A stretch of 64,000 nt of DNA from Candidatus Omnitrophota bacterium (lineage in GTDB: Bacteria; Omnitrophota; Gorgyraeia; Zapsychrales; Fredricksoniimonadaceae): NCBI GenBank assembly GCA_903944345.1, contig CAJARJ010000018.1:120581-184580 (forward strand), in the 5' to 3' direction. Position 1 is the stretch's first letter. The number at the start of each line of letters is the position of its first letter. Positions 46,871-55,743 of the stretch are shown one piece after another. Position numbers and translations under genes: made by a program. The notes under the pieces were generated by a model. It was not told the DNA's origin, made no database searches, and saw only the letters and a list, made by a program, of their open reading frames with translations.

Positions 46871-46911
46871 GAAAAACCCTCTGCCTGAAACGGAGGGTTT
46901 TTCTTTTATTT
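46871..46911 (+). terminator. Intrinsic terminator of the micro-ORF unit
   Basis: GAAAAACCCTCTG-loop-CGGAGGGTTTTTC followed by TTTTATTT. Confidence 0.8.
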
Positions 46912-46924
46912 CAGATTTAAAGCA

Positions 46925-46955
46925 TAAAAAGGCGGCCCCGAAACGGACCGCCTTT
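46925..46955 (-). terminator. Intrinsic terminator after pgi
   Basis: AAAGGCGG...CCGCCTTT stem with a T run on the minus strand. Confidence 0.75.
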
Positions 46956-46987
46956 ATATTGTTCCCGACGCTGCTATCTGTCCTGCT

Positions 46988-48262
46988 TCAATCTTTACCA
47001 AGCAAAGCAAACATCTTTTTCTTGTACGCCTCCACACCAGGCTGATCAAACGGATTGACGCCCAGCAGATAACCCGAAATGCCAATAGCCTTCTCGAAGA
47101 AATAATACAGCTGACCCAGATGAAAAGCATCCCCCCGCTCCAGCATCAGCATCAGGTTGGGAACCCCGCCCTCGTGATGCGCCGCCGCTGTAGCCAGATA
47201 CGCCTGCTTATTGACCCAGTCAAGACTCTTTCCGGCCACACAATTAAACTTGTCCAGATCAGCTTCCTGACGGGGAATCAGCAAAGGCTCCTCCACCTGC
47301 TCAAGCATGAGAAAAGTCTCAAAAATATTACGCATCCCGTCCTGCATAAGCTGTCCCATGGAATGCAGATCGGCGGAAAGCACGGTCGAGGCAGGGAAAA
47401 TGCCCTTGCCGTTCTTGCCTTCGCTCTCGCCATAAAGCTGCTTCCACCACTCCATCGCATACTGAAAATTGGGATAGAAAGACGCCATCATCTCGATATG
47501 CTTGCCTCCGGCATAAAGCAGATTGCGCACAGCCGCGTACTGATACGCAGGGTTCTGCATAAGATCTTCCAGTGCGTATGCTTTCTCGCCAGCACGAAAA
47601 CCGTCGACAAACGCCCCGATGTTCACGCCGGCAAGCGCCAGCGGCACCAGTCCGACAGGAGTCAGCACCGAAAAACGTCCGCCCACATCATCCGGTATCA
47701 CCCAGGAACGATAACCTTCCTGATCAGCAATCCGGCGCAATGCCCCCTTCTTCTCGTCGGTAACACAAAAAATGCGCTTCTTGAGTTCGCCGGAGGCATA
47801 TTTCCGGCGCATGGCGCCGTCGATCAGACGAAAAGCCAGTGCAGGCTCAGTCGTCGTGCCCGATTTGGAGATAACCACAACGCTGACATCTGTTGTCTCG
47901 ATCAACCGCAAGACCTTGCGCATGTCGGCATTGGACATGTTGTGTCCGGCATAATACACCGGAAGACCTCCCTGCACGTCCAGAAAGTCCAACGTAGCCC
48001 TGATACCAAGATAAGAGCCGCCAATCCCGATCGAGATAACCGCCCTGGAATGCTGGCGCACCTCGCCTGCCAATGCTGTCAATTCGTGCACCAGGGCATC
48101 TGGCGTCCTCGACGGCAGATCCACCCAACCCAGAAAATCATTACCCGCACCGGTCTTCTGGTGCAAATCCCGATGCGCCTTGGCGACGGCTGGCGCCAAA
48201 GACTGAATCTGCTGATCGGAAACAAAACCCTTAAGATATTCCTTGTTTAGAACGATACCCAT
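46988..48262 (-). CDS. pgi: Glucose-6-phosphate isomerase
   Basis: GIGGSYLG, ISKSGTTTEP, VGGRFSV, QLYGESEGK, NPFDQPGVEAYK. Confidence 0.97.
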   Translation of the reverse strand: MGIVLNKEYLKGFVSDQQIQSLAPAVAKAHRDLHQKTGAGNDFLGWVDLPSRTPDALVHELTALAGEVRQHSRAVISIGIGGSYLGIRATLDFLDVQGGLPVYYAGHNMSNADMRKVLRLIETTDVSVVVISKSGTTTEPALAFRLIDGAMRRKYASGELKKRIFCVTDEKKGALRRIADQEGYRSWVIPDDVGGRFSVLTPVGLVPLALAGVNIGAFVDGFRAGEKAYALEDLMQNPAYQYAAVRNLLYAGGKHIEMMASFYPNFQYAMEWWKQLYGESEGKNGKGIFPASTVLSADLHSMGQLMQDGMRNIFETFLMLEQVEEPLLIPRQEADLDKFNCVAGKSLDWVNKQAYLATAAAHHEGGVPNLMLMLERGDAFHLGQLYYFFEKAIGISGYLLGVNPFDQPGVEAYKKKMFALLGKD

Positions 48263-48296
48263 AACACACCTTTCAAAATAAACATTGTGTCCAATA

Positions 48297-48926
48297 CTAC
48301 CGTTTTCTCTTCTTCGACAGCTCCGCTGCCGCTGCCTCCACCTCTGCCTTGGTCTTTGAAACAAGATCCTTGTCCTGTCCCATCTTCAGCTTCTCAACAA
48401 GAATTCCATCCTTGTAGACTTCCTGGGCAATAACCTCGCCAGTCTCGGAAAATTCGGTCAGAATGCCGTTAAGAAACGCTTTCTTGTATGTCATTTGCTT
48501 GTGAATAAGCCCGCTGGGATAATAAAATCTGGCTTCACCGCTTAATATCCCTTTTTCGTACGTTTCCTCTTTCTCCGGAAGGCCTTTTTCGTCATAAGTA
48601 CGAAAAGCCCCCTGCAATTCGTTATCTTTATAAACACCCTGTGTCTTGAGCATCCCGGTGGCCCAATATGTCCCGGCCTCGCCCTCGCGCAGCCCTTTGA
48701 CATACGTGGTCACCGATTTGCGGCTTCCGTTCTCATAATATTCCGTCACCTGACCATCAAGCAGGTCAAACTTGTAGTTCTCGGATTTCTGCAATGCCCC
48801 CGAGGGATAGAACTGTTTAAACTCGCCGTCGGAGACCGGAGTCTTTTTTCTGGCTGCATACACTTCGCCTCCGGCAAAAGCCAGCGTCAGAACAGAAAGA
48901 CAGATTACCGCAGTCAATCGCTTCAT
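48297..48926 (-). CDS. Secreted MORN-variant repeat protein (YwqK-like)
   Basis: Signal peptide; repeated G....YY.(N/S)G units. Confidence 0.85.
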   Translation of the reverse strand: MKRLTAVICLSVLTLAFAGGEVYAARKKTPVSDGEFKQFYPSGALQKSENYKFDLLDGQVTEYYENGSRKSVTTYVKGLREGEAGTYWATGMLKTQGVYKDNELQGAFRTYDEKGLPEKEETYEKGILSGEARFYYPSGLIHKQMTYKKAFLNGILTEFSETGEVIAQEVYKDGILVEKLKMGQDKDLVSKTKAEVEAAAAELSKKRKR

Positions 48927-50029
48927 ATTTCCCCCTTGGCAGGCATTAAACAAAAATCATCCGGCAAAACACCCGTTATAAGAGCGCCCCCGAGCACAAC
49001 ATCTCCATCATAAAAAACCACCGATTGTCCGGGAGTGACCCCGTGCTGCGGCGTATGAAAAACCGCTCTGAGAGTTGCCTCTTTCCCCAAATACACAGAC
49101 GCCGGGATATCAATGCGATTATATCGTATCTTGAGGCCGGCATCGAACTTTTCTTGAGAAAAGTCCATGCCGGTCAGCCGCAGGCCTTCTGCCTCAAGTC
49201 CGCAGCACAAAAGCTTTTCCCGCGGGCCCACCCTGACCGTATTGGAAGAACTGTCCAACTGGTAGACGTACGCCGGATAACCGAGAGCAATCCCGAGGCC
49301 TTCACGCTGCCCGATGGTATAACGCGACAAGCCCGCATGCCGAGAGACCACCCTGCCGTTGTGATCAAGCATGTCACCCGGACGATCGCCTCCCGGAGAA
49401 CGAGCGGCCACTACATCGTAATATTTACCATCCGTTACAAAACAGATATCCTGGCTGTCCGGCCGTTCAGCAACCGGGAGCGCGCGTTCACGCGCCATCG
49501 CCCTAACCTGGCTTTTGGTATACGCCCCGAGTGGAAAAAGAACAAACGGCAGAGATTCCCGGCGAATACCGTAAAGAAAATAGGACTGATCCTTGCTTTC
49601 ATCCACTCCTTTGCGCAAAACCCAGCCGCGCGAAGAAGCCTCGACACGGGCATAATGCCCCGTGGCCAGGTGAGTGCCGCCTAATCCCCGAATATCCCGG
49701 AACAAACGATCAAATTTAAGAAAGGTATTACAGCGCACACAAGGATTGGGCGTGCGTCCGCGGACATATTCCTCGGCAAAATCCCTGATGACCAGCTCTT
49801 CCAGGACATCGCCGTAATTAAGCACATGATGCTCGATGCCCAGATGTCGGCAAACACTTCTGGCGGCGTCAATCGCCTCACGCCCGCAACAACTGGCCGT
49901 TCCCGGGCGAGCCGCAGAAGGCAATTCAAAACACATGGTCACGCCCGCCACCGCATACCCCTGTTCCAGCAGCAGTGCGGCTGTTAAGGAAGAATCAACC
50001 CCTCCGGACATCGCGGCAAAGACTTTCAT
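48923..50029 (-). CDS. mnmA: tRNA 2-thiouridine(34) synthase
   Basis: AMSGGVDSS, TPNPCVRCN, ATGHYA, KDQSYFL, SQDICF, TPGQ. Confidence 0.96.
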   Translation of the reverse strand: MKVFAAMSGGVDSSLTAALLLEQGYAVAGVTMCFELPSAARPGTASCCGREAIDAARSVCRHLGIEHHVLNYGDVLEELVIRDFAEEYVRGRTPNPCVRCNTFLKFDRLFRDIRGLGGTHLATGHYARVEASSRGWVLRKGVDESKDQSYFLYGIRRESLPFVLFPLGAYTKSQVRAMARERALPVAERPDSQDICFVTDGKYYDVVAARSPGGDRPGDMLDHNGRVVSRHAGLSRYTIGQREGLGIALGYPAYVYQLDSSSNTVRVGPREKLLCCGLEAEGLRLTGMDFSQEKFDAGLKIRYNRIDIPASVYLGKEATLRAVFHTPQHGVTPGQSVVFYDGDVVLGGALITGVLPDDFCLMPAKGEI

Positions 50030-50030
50030 A

Positions 50031-52076
50031 TCAGCACCCGCACCAGGGACGGGTCATGTCCCCGCGGACATCCTCAAGCGCACGCTCGAGCGCGCTGACC
50101 AGATGATCCAGTTCGGCCTCGGAAATTGACAACGGAGGCATGAGCACAATCACATTGCCCAAAGGACGCAGGATGACTCCGTAACGTCTGGCCTGCTCGC
50201 AAACCCTGACCCCGACCCGTTTCTGCCAGGCAAAAGGTTTCTTTGTCGCACGATCCTCGACCAGCTCAATACCGACCATAAACCCGCGCTGACGAATGTC
50301 CCCGACAAAGGGTTCATTCCGGCGCAAACGATCCAGCCGTCGCGCCAGAAACCCGATCTTGGGCCGCAGTTTTTCCAGCGTGCGTTCTTTTCGAAACAAA
50401 TCCAGGCTGGCCAATGCCGCGGCACAGGCAATGGGGTTCCCGGTAAAGGTGTGCCCGTGAAAAAAGGTTTTCATATCCTCATAAGGCCGCACAAAAGCAT
50501 CAAAAATTTTCTGTGTTGTCAGGGTTGCCGCCAGAGGCAAAACGCCTCCGGTCAGCCCCTTGGCCACACACATGAGGTCCGGACGAACATCTTCCTGCTG
50601 GCAGGCGAACATGGTCCCAGTCCGGCCAAAGCCAGTGGCCACCTCGTCACAAATCAGCAAAACATCATACTTGCGGCATAGCGCCTCAAAACGTTTCAGA
50701 ATCCCGGCAGGCCACATGATCATTCCGGCTGCTCCCTGCACAATCGGCTCCAGCACCAAAGCCGCCGTGGAAACATGGTTCTTTTTCAGAAAAGACTCAA
50801 AAACAGCCACTGCCCGCAGCGCATCCTGCGGATATTCCCCGCGGTAACAATCCGGAAAGTCCACCTGATGCGTCCGAAACGTCAGTCCGCGGTAAACCTT
50901 GTGAAATAGATCAATCCCCCCGATACTCACGCCGCCCAGAGTGTCCCCATGATACGAATTGGCCAGATGGCATATGCCGGTTTTTTTCTTCTGTCCCATA
51001 TTCTGCCAATACTGATAACTCATCTTGACCGCGACCTCGACAGCAGTAGAACCGTTATCAGAATAAAACACCTTGCTCAGCCCCTCGGGGGCAATGCCCA
51101 CAAGCTTTCCGGCCAGTTCGGCCGCCGGCGCGTTTGCCAGTCCAAGCATGGTGGAATGATCCAGCCGGGCAGCCTGCCGGGCGACCGCCTGTGTGATGGC
51201 CGGATGCCCGTGACCGTGCACCGTCACCCATAGGCTCGAAACACCATCAATATATCTGCATCCGGAAGCATCCTCCAGGTACGAACCACGCGCGCGAGAG
51301 ATAACCAGCGGAGTCCCGGAGAGCCAGTCTTTCATCTGGGTGAAAGGATGCCAGACAAAATCCTTGTCCAGCTTCTCCTGGCGGACAGCCGTGTCGGCTT
51401 TCCGGATAAATAACGGCCGCGAATCCAGATTCTTTCGACACGCCGCCAGCACGGAAAGAGGGTCTTTCTTCCTTATATAAGGGATCTCTCCCAGCAAAGG
51501 AGCCGTACCAAATTTTCTTATATCCTGCGGATTATTTTTCTCCGCCAGTCCCTTTTTCCCGGAAGCAGCATGACAAATGACCACTCCGGCGACTTCAAGT
51601 CCCCGGTTACGTGCCTCGCTAAGTGTCAGCAACGTATGATTGATGGTACCCAGCCCAGGACGCGCCACCACAATCAGCGGACAATCAAGCCTGGCAGCCA
51701 AATCAGCCATCAAAAAATTCTCCGCAAGCGGAACCAGAAGGCCTCCCGCTCCCTCCACCAGCACAATATCGTAGCGCCCAAGCAGCACATCCAGCGCCGA
51801 GATAACCCGGCCCGGATCAAAAGATATCTTCGCACGCCGAAGCGCCAGATGCGGCGATACCGGCTCCGCAGCACAAAACGGATTAAGCTCATGCAGCGAA
51901 TCCTTGAGGCCAAGCCTCCTGCGCAGAAAACCGGCATCATCTCCACCGGACTGAACCGGTTTAAGAATACCGACCGAAAGCCCCTCTTCCCGCAAAAGCA
52001 AGGCCAGCGCGTAAACCGTCATGGTTTTCCCCACCCCGGTATCCGTCGCCGTCACGAAAAACACCCTGTTATCCAT
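50031..52076 (-). CDS. bioDA: Fused dethiobiotin synthase / DAPA aminotransferase (BioD-BioA)
   Basis: TDTGVGKT, VEGAGG, LGTINHTLL, followed by WHPFTQ, YHGDT, DEVATGFGRTG, AKGLTGG, HGHTFTGN. Confidence 0.93.
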   Translation of the reverse strand: MDNRVFFVTATDTGVGKTMTVYALALLLREEGLSVGILKPVQSGGDDAGFLRRRLGLKDSLHELNPFCAAEPVSPHLALRRAKISFDPGRVISALDVLLGRYDIVLVEGAGGLLVPLAENFLMADLAARLDCPLIVVARPGLGTINHTLLTLSEARNRGLEVAGVVICHAASGKKGLAEKNNPQDIRKFGTAPLLGEIPYIRKKDPLSVLAACRKNLDSRPLFIRKADTAVRQEKLDKDFVWHPFTQMKDWLSGTPLVISRARGSYLEDASGCRYIDGVSSLWVTVHGHGHPAITQAVARQAARLDHSTMLGLANAPAAELAGKLVGIAPEGLSKVFYSDNGSTAVEVAVKMSYQYWQNMGQKKKTGICHLANSYHGDTLGGVSIGGIDLFHKVYRGLTFRTHQVDFPDCYRGEYPQDALRAVAVFESFLKKNHVSTAALVLEPIVQGAAGMIMWPAGILKRFEALCRKYDVLLICDEVATGFGRTGTMFACQQEDVRPDLMCVAKGLTGGVLPLAATLTTQKIFDAFVRPYEDMKTFFHGHTFTGNPIACAAALASLDLFRKERTLEKLRPKIGFLARRLDRLRRNEPFVGDIRQRGFMVGIELVEDRATKKPFAWQKRVGVRVCEQARRYGVILRPLGNVIVLMPPLSISEAELDHLVSALERALEDVRGDMTRPWCGC

Positions 52077-52914
52077 CCCACTCCTCCGTCGCTTTCTGCG
52101 CCGTAATCCATATAATCTCAAAAGTTGCAACCAGGCCATTACGCTGGGGAAACTTCTCGCGATAATACATCTCGGCCCGGCGCAAAAGCTGCGGCCCCAG
52201 AAAAAAATTACTCCTTAAAGAATTCCCGCCGACAGAACGCAGCCACCTCAATATCCCCCGCAAATCCGAAAATACAACTGTCCGCTGCTGCGCCCGGGTT
52301 TGCCAGCTGTCAAAACGGGCCTGCGAAAGAGCACTTTCGACCGTGCCCGAGGTCGGCAACCGGCCCAGTTCAAAGACATCTTTTCTGGATCCCAGCAGGG
52401 CAGCGAATTCAAGCGCTGCAAAAAACTCGCGCAAGGTGTCGTGTCCAAAGAAAGCCGCCTGAAAGACACCGCCAGGCTTGAGCACCTTGCGAACACTCCT
52501 GAAAGCCGCCGGCAAATCTTCAACCCATTGGTAAGAAGAGGCCGACACAACAGCATCAAACACATTGCGCCTGAAGGGAAGCGCTCCGGCATCAGCCTGC
52601 ACCCAGCGCAAACCCCGTGCGTCCCGGCGCCCTTGCTCGATCATACCCGAAGCCACGTCCAGCGCCACCGGGCACTGCTGGGGCCAGCGGCGATTAATGT
52701 CGGCAAGTAACGCGCCCGTCCCGGCGCCCACATCCAGAAGAAGTCCTCCGGCTGCAAGCTCCAGCCGGGAGGCAAGTTCGCGGGCAATCTCTCTCTGAAT
52801 CATGGCGGCAGCATCATAGGAGGTCGCAGCACGCGAGAAATTTCTTCGTACAATCCCTGGACGATCATCCCGATGGGGCGACTCCGGAAAACGACACCGG
52901 ACAGACTCAGACAT
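52069..52914 (-). CDS. bioC: Malonyl-ACP O-methyltransferase
   Basis: FSRAATSYD...Q, LDVGAGTG, YQW; bio operon context. Confidence 0.88.
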   Translation of the reverse strand: MSESVRCRFPESPHRDDRPGIVRRNFSRAATSYDAAAMIQREIARELASRLELAAGGLLLDVGAGTGALLADINRRWPQQCPVALDVASGMIEQGRRDARGLRWVQADAGALPFRRNVFDAVVSASSYQWVEDLPAAFRSVRKVLKPGGVFQAAFFGHDTLREFFAALEFAALLGSRKDVFELGRLPTSGTVESALSQARFDSWQTRAQQRTVVFSDLRGILRWLRSVGGNSLRSNFFLGPQLLRRAEMYYREKFPQRNGLVATFEIIWITAQKATEEWDG

Positions 52915-53737
52915 AACCACTCCCATTCGCAAAACCGGAAAGCACTTCTTCAAGCACCGCGTTGACCTCCCCGGAACGTGTCAAAAAAGGAAAATGTCCG
53001 CAATCCGGATAAATCCGAAACTGCGCGCCGGGCACAAGTTCCCGCAAAGCCGAATGAACGGCCAGCGGACAAAGCGGGTCACTCTCTCCCAGAAGAAAAT
53101 GCACCGGACAAAAACAGCTGCGCAGCGAATCACGCAAGTCCATGACTTCAAGAAGATCAAGAAAAGCCAGAAGAGCCTCTTTTCGCGGCAACGGTTCAGC
53201 ACGTAAAATATCACGGATACAATCATAACCGCAAGCCGAACGTTCCTGCAAAGTAAAAAGAGAACGGAAAAACATGGCCAGCACACCGCCGACATCCCGA
53301 TCAAATTGTCCGGCCAGTTTGCGAATCTTCCGTGAATCAAGCCCGGCCGGAAAATCCGGGCAAAAGGTAAATCGCGGCAAACCGCCCGCCAGAACCAGAG
53401 CCTGTGCACATTCTGGAAACAATTCCTGCAGCCTCAACGCCACCAACGCCCCCATAGAACTGGCCACAATAACTGCCCGGGAAACCCCGCACGCCCGCAT
53501 AAGTTCAGCCGTGTCCTGAGCCAGATCATCAAGCGTCGAAGGAATCCAGGCACTTGCGCCGTGTCCGGGCCAGTCAGGAGCAAGCATCCGCGCTTTGGAC
53601 GCCAACGCGGACAACTGCAAGTCCCATACTCCGGAATGTCCCGCAAAACCGTGCAGAAAGACAACCGCCCCCGGAGCCTGTCCGATATCTTGGTAACTCA
53701 TGGTTGCTCCGCGAGCAGTCCGAAAAAAGAAGCTCAT
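52907..53737 (-). CDS. bioH: Alpha/beta hydrolase, pimeloyl-ACP methyl ester esterase-like
   Basis: FLHGF, ASSMG nucleophile elbow, GESD, GHFPF; between bioF and bioC. Confidence 0.82.
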   Translation of the reverse strand: MSFFFRTARGATMSYQDIGQAPGAVVFLHGFAGHSGVWDLQLSALASKARMLAPDWPGHGASAWIPSTLDDLAQDTAELMRACGVSRAVIVASSMGALVALRLQELFPECAQALVLAGGLPRFTFCPDFPAGLDSRKIRKLAGQFDRDVGGVLAMFFRSLFTLQERSACGYDCIRDILRAEPLPRKEALLAFLDLLEVMDLRDSLRSCFCPVHFLLGESDPLCPLAVHSALRELVPGAQFRIYPDCGHFPFLTRSGEVNAVLEEVLSGFANGSGYV

Positions 53738-54897
53738 GCCAATTGATCCCGTACGTTGACCAGTGCTGCAACCAAGCGCACAATATCTTCCTCGAGATGC
53801 AGAGCCGTAACCGTAATGCGCAACCGCGCTGTACCTGAAGGCACTGTCGGCGGACGAATAGCCGAAATCAGAATATCCTGTTCCATCAACTTCTCGGAGA
53901 AAATTCTGGCCTTGAAAGTATCTCCGATCAACACCGGAATGACCGGAGTTACGCTCTCCATCGTGTTAAACCCTGCCCGCCGCAACTCCGTCCGCAGCCG
54001 TCCTGCCAAAAACAAAACACGAGCCCTGCGCTCAGGCTCCGCACGCATGATCCCCAACCCGGCGCGTATAGCCGCGGCAACTGCCGGAGGCAGCGCAGTA
54101 GAATAAATAAAGCTTCTGGCCCGATTAACCAGATAATCGATGAGTTCACGAGAACCCGCTACATACCCGCCACAGGCTCCGACCGCTTTGGACAAAGTCC
54201 CCATCTGGACATCCACGCGCTCGGCCACTCCGGCTTCCTGCACCATTCCCGCCCCGCCAGGCCCGAACAGTCCAAAAGCATGTGCCTCATCGACCATAAC
54301 CCAGGCACCATAACGACGGGCCAACCGCGTCAGCTCCCCGAGGGGAGCCACATCGCCATCCATGCTGAACACCGTGTCTGTCACCACCAGTTTACGGCCG
54401 TGTTTGCCGGAATTCTGCAGGCAGCGCTCCAAATCCTGCATATCCAGATGCCGATACCGCCGCATGTGCGCGCGGCTCAAGATAATACCGTCAACGATAG
54501 AGGCATGGTTAAGCCGGTCGGAAAAAACAGTATCCTCGCGGCCGCAAAGCGCGGGAATAATGCCGACATTGGCCATATAACCTGTCGAAAAAACAAGCGC
54601 GGCCTCGGTGCCCTTAAAACGAGCCAGTTCATGTTCCAGCAAAAGATGCTCTTCACTATTACCGCAAACCAGCCGCGAAGCTCCCCCGCCAAAACCGTAA
54701 CGGGCAGAAGACTCGACTGCGGCAGCGGACAGGCGCTCATCACCCGCCAGCCCCAGATAATCATTCGAACAGAAATTAAGAACCCTGCGCCCCTCCAAAA
54801 GAACTTCCCTGCCCTGACGGGAAAAAAGTGAACGCATCGAACGGTACAGTCCACCGGCCCGGGCAGCCCCCAGCTCCTGACTTAAAGTATTCTTCAT
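53734..54897 (-). CDS. bioF: 8-amino-7-oxononanoate synthase
   Basis: SNDYLGL, NHASI, FSMDGD, DEAH, GTLSKA, IRPPTVP. Confidence 0.96.
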   Translation of the reverse strand: MKNTLSQELGAARAGGLYRSMRSLFSRQGREVLLEGRRVLNFCSNDYLGLAGDERLSAAAVESSARYGFGGGASRLVCGNSEEHLLLEHELARFKGTEAALVFSTGYMANVGIIPALCGREDTVFSDRLNHASIVDGIILSRAHMRRYRHLDMQDLERCLQNSGKHGRKLVVTDTVFSMDGDVAPLGELTRLARRYGAWVMVDEAHAFGLFGPGGAGMVQEAGVAERVDVQMGTLSKAVGACGGYVAGSRELIDYLVNRARSFIYSTALPPAVAAAIRAGLGIMRAEPERRARVLFLAGRLRTELRRAGFNTMESVTPVIPVLIGDTFKARIFSEKLMEQDILISAIRPPTVPSGTARLRITVTALHLEEDIVRLVAALVNVRDQLA

Positions 54898-55712
54898 AAA
54901 TAAATTTCCCCTGCCACCCTTTTTATGACACGGCCGTCATCCAGAGCCAGCATAAGGCCGCCATCATCTGCAAGCCCCAATGCCGTTGCTGTCAGCCTTT
55001 TGCCTCCAGAGTCGAAACTTACCCGACAACCGGCAACCGCGGAGCGACGCTCCCATTCGCGTAAAACAACACTCCACCCGCAGTCTGATACAGAGAAATA
55101 TCTGCGCTCAAAAACACGCAAGAATGCCTGCAGAAGGACACTCCTGCCGCAATTGCCAACAGCCACCTCGCTTAACCCTATTGCTGTCGAGGACAGCTCT
55201 CCGGAAAGCGGGGCTATATTGAGCCCGATGCCAAGAATTACAAACTCAACACATTCTTTAGCCACTCGGGATTCCAGCAGAATACCTGCCAGTTTGCGCC
55301 CGTTGACCAGAATATCGTTAGGCCATTTGATGCGACAGTCGATACCTGCCGCGTCCTGCAAAGTTTCAGCCAACGCGACCGCAGAAAGCAAAGTCAGCAG
55401 CGGCGTCACAGTCGCCGGCCACGCGGGACGAAGAAGTAATGAAAAGTACATTCCGTTTCCGACAGGAGACACCCACGCACGCCCCAGGCGTCCACGCCCT
55501 TTGGTCTGGGCTTCAGCCGTAACCAGCGTCCCCTCGGGAGAACCAGACTCTGCCAGACGAAGCGCCTCATCCATAGTGGAAGAAAGGACGGGATGACAAT
55601 ACACCTGCCGGCCCATAATCCGGGTGTTAAGGCCGCAAATAATCCCTTCAGCCGAAAGGTTCGGGGCAACCGTGTTTGTACCCGGAGAGTCCGATGTCTG
55701 CCTGTTTATCAT
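54894..55712 (-). CDS. birA: Biotin-protein ligase without N-terminal HTH
   Basis: QTKGRGRLGRAW, IKWPND, KLAGIL, GIGLN. Confidence 0.93.
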   Translation of the reverse strand: MINRQTSDSPGTNTVAPNLSAEGIICGLNTRIMGRQVYCHPVLSSTMDEALRLAESGSPEGTLVTAEAQTKGRGRLGRAWVSPVGNGMYFSLLLRPAWPATVTPLLTLLSAVALAETLQDAAGIDCRIKWPNDILVNGRKLAGILLESRVAKECVEFVILGIGLNIAPLSGELSSTAIGLSEVAVGNCGRSVLLQAFLRVFERRYFSVSDCGWSVVLREWERRSAVAGCRVSFDSGGKRLTATALGLADDGGLMLALDDGRVIKRVAGEIYL

Positions 55713-55743
55713 CCTGTCATAGTAAAGAGAGATAATTGGCTTG

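Noticed and set aside
47120-48250. Long plus-strand ORFs (also 4356-5282, 32197-33258, 35883-36647)
   Set aside because: Antisense shadows of well-supported GC-rich genes.
48297-48926. YwqK-like gene as part of a toxin-antitoxin pair
   Set aside because: Has a signal peptide and no adjacent toxin; generic MORN-variant repeat protein.
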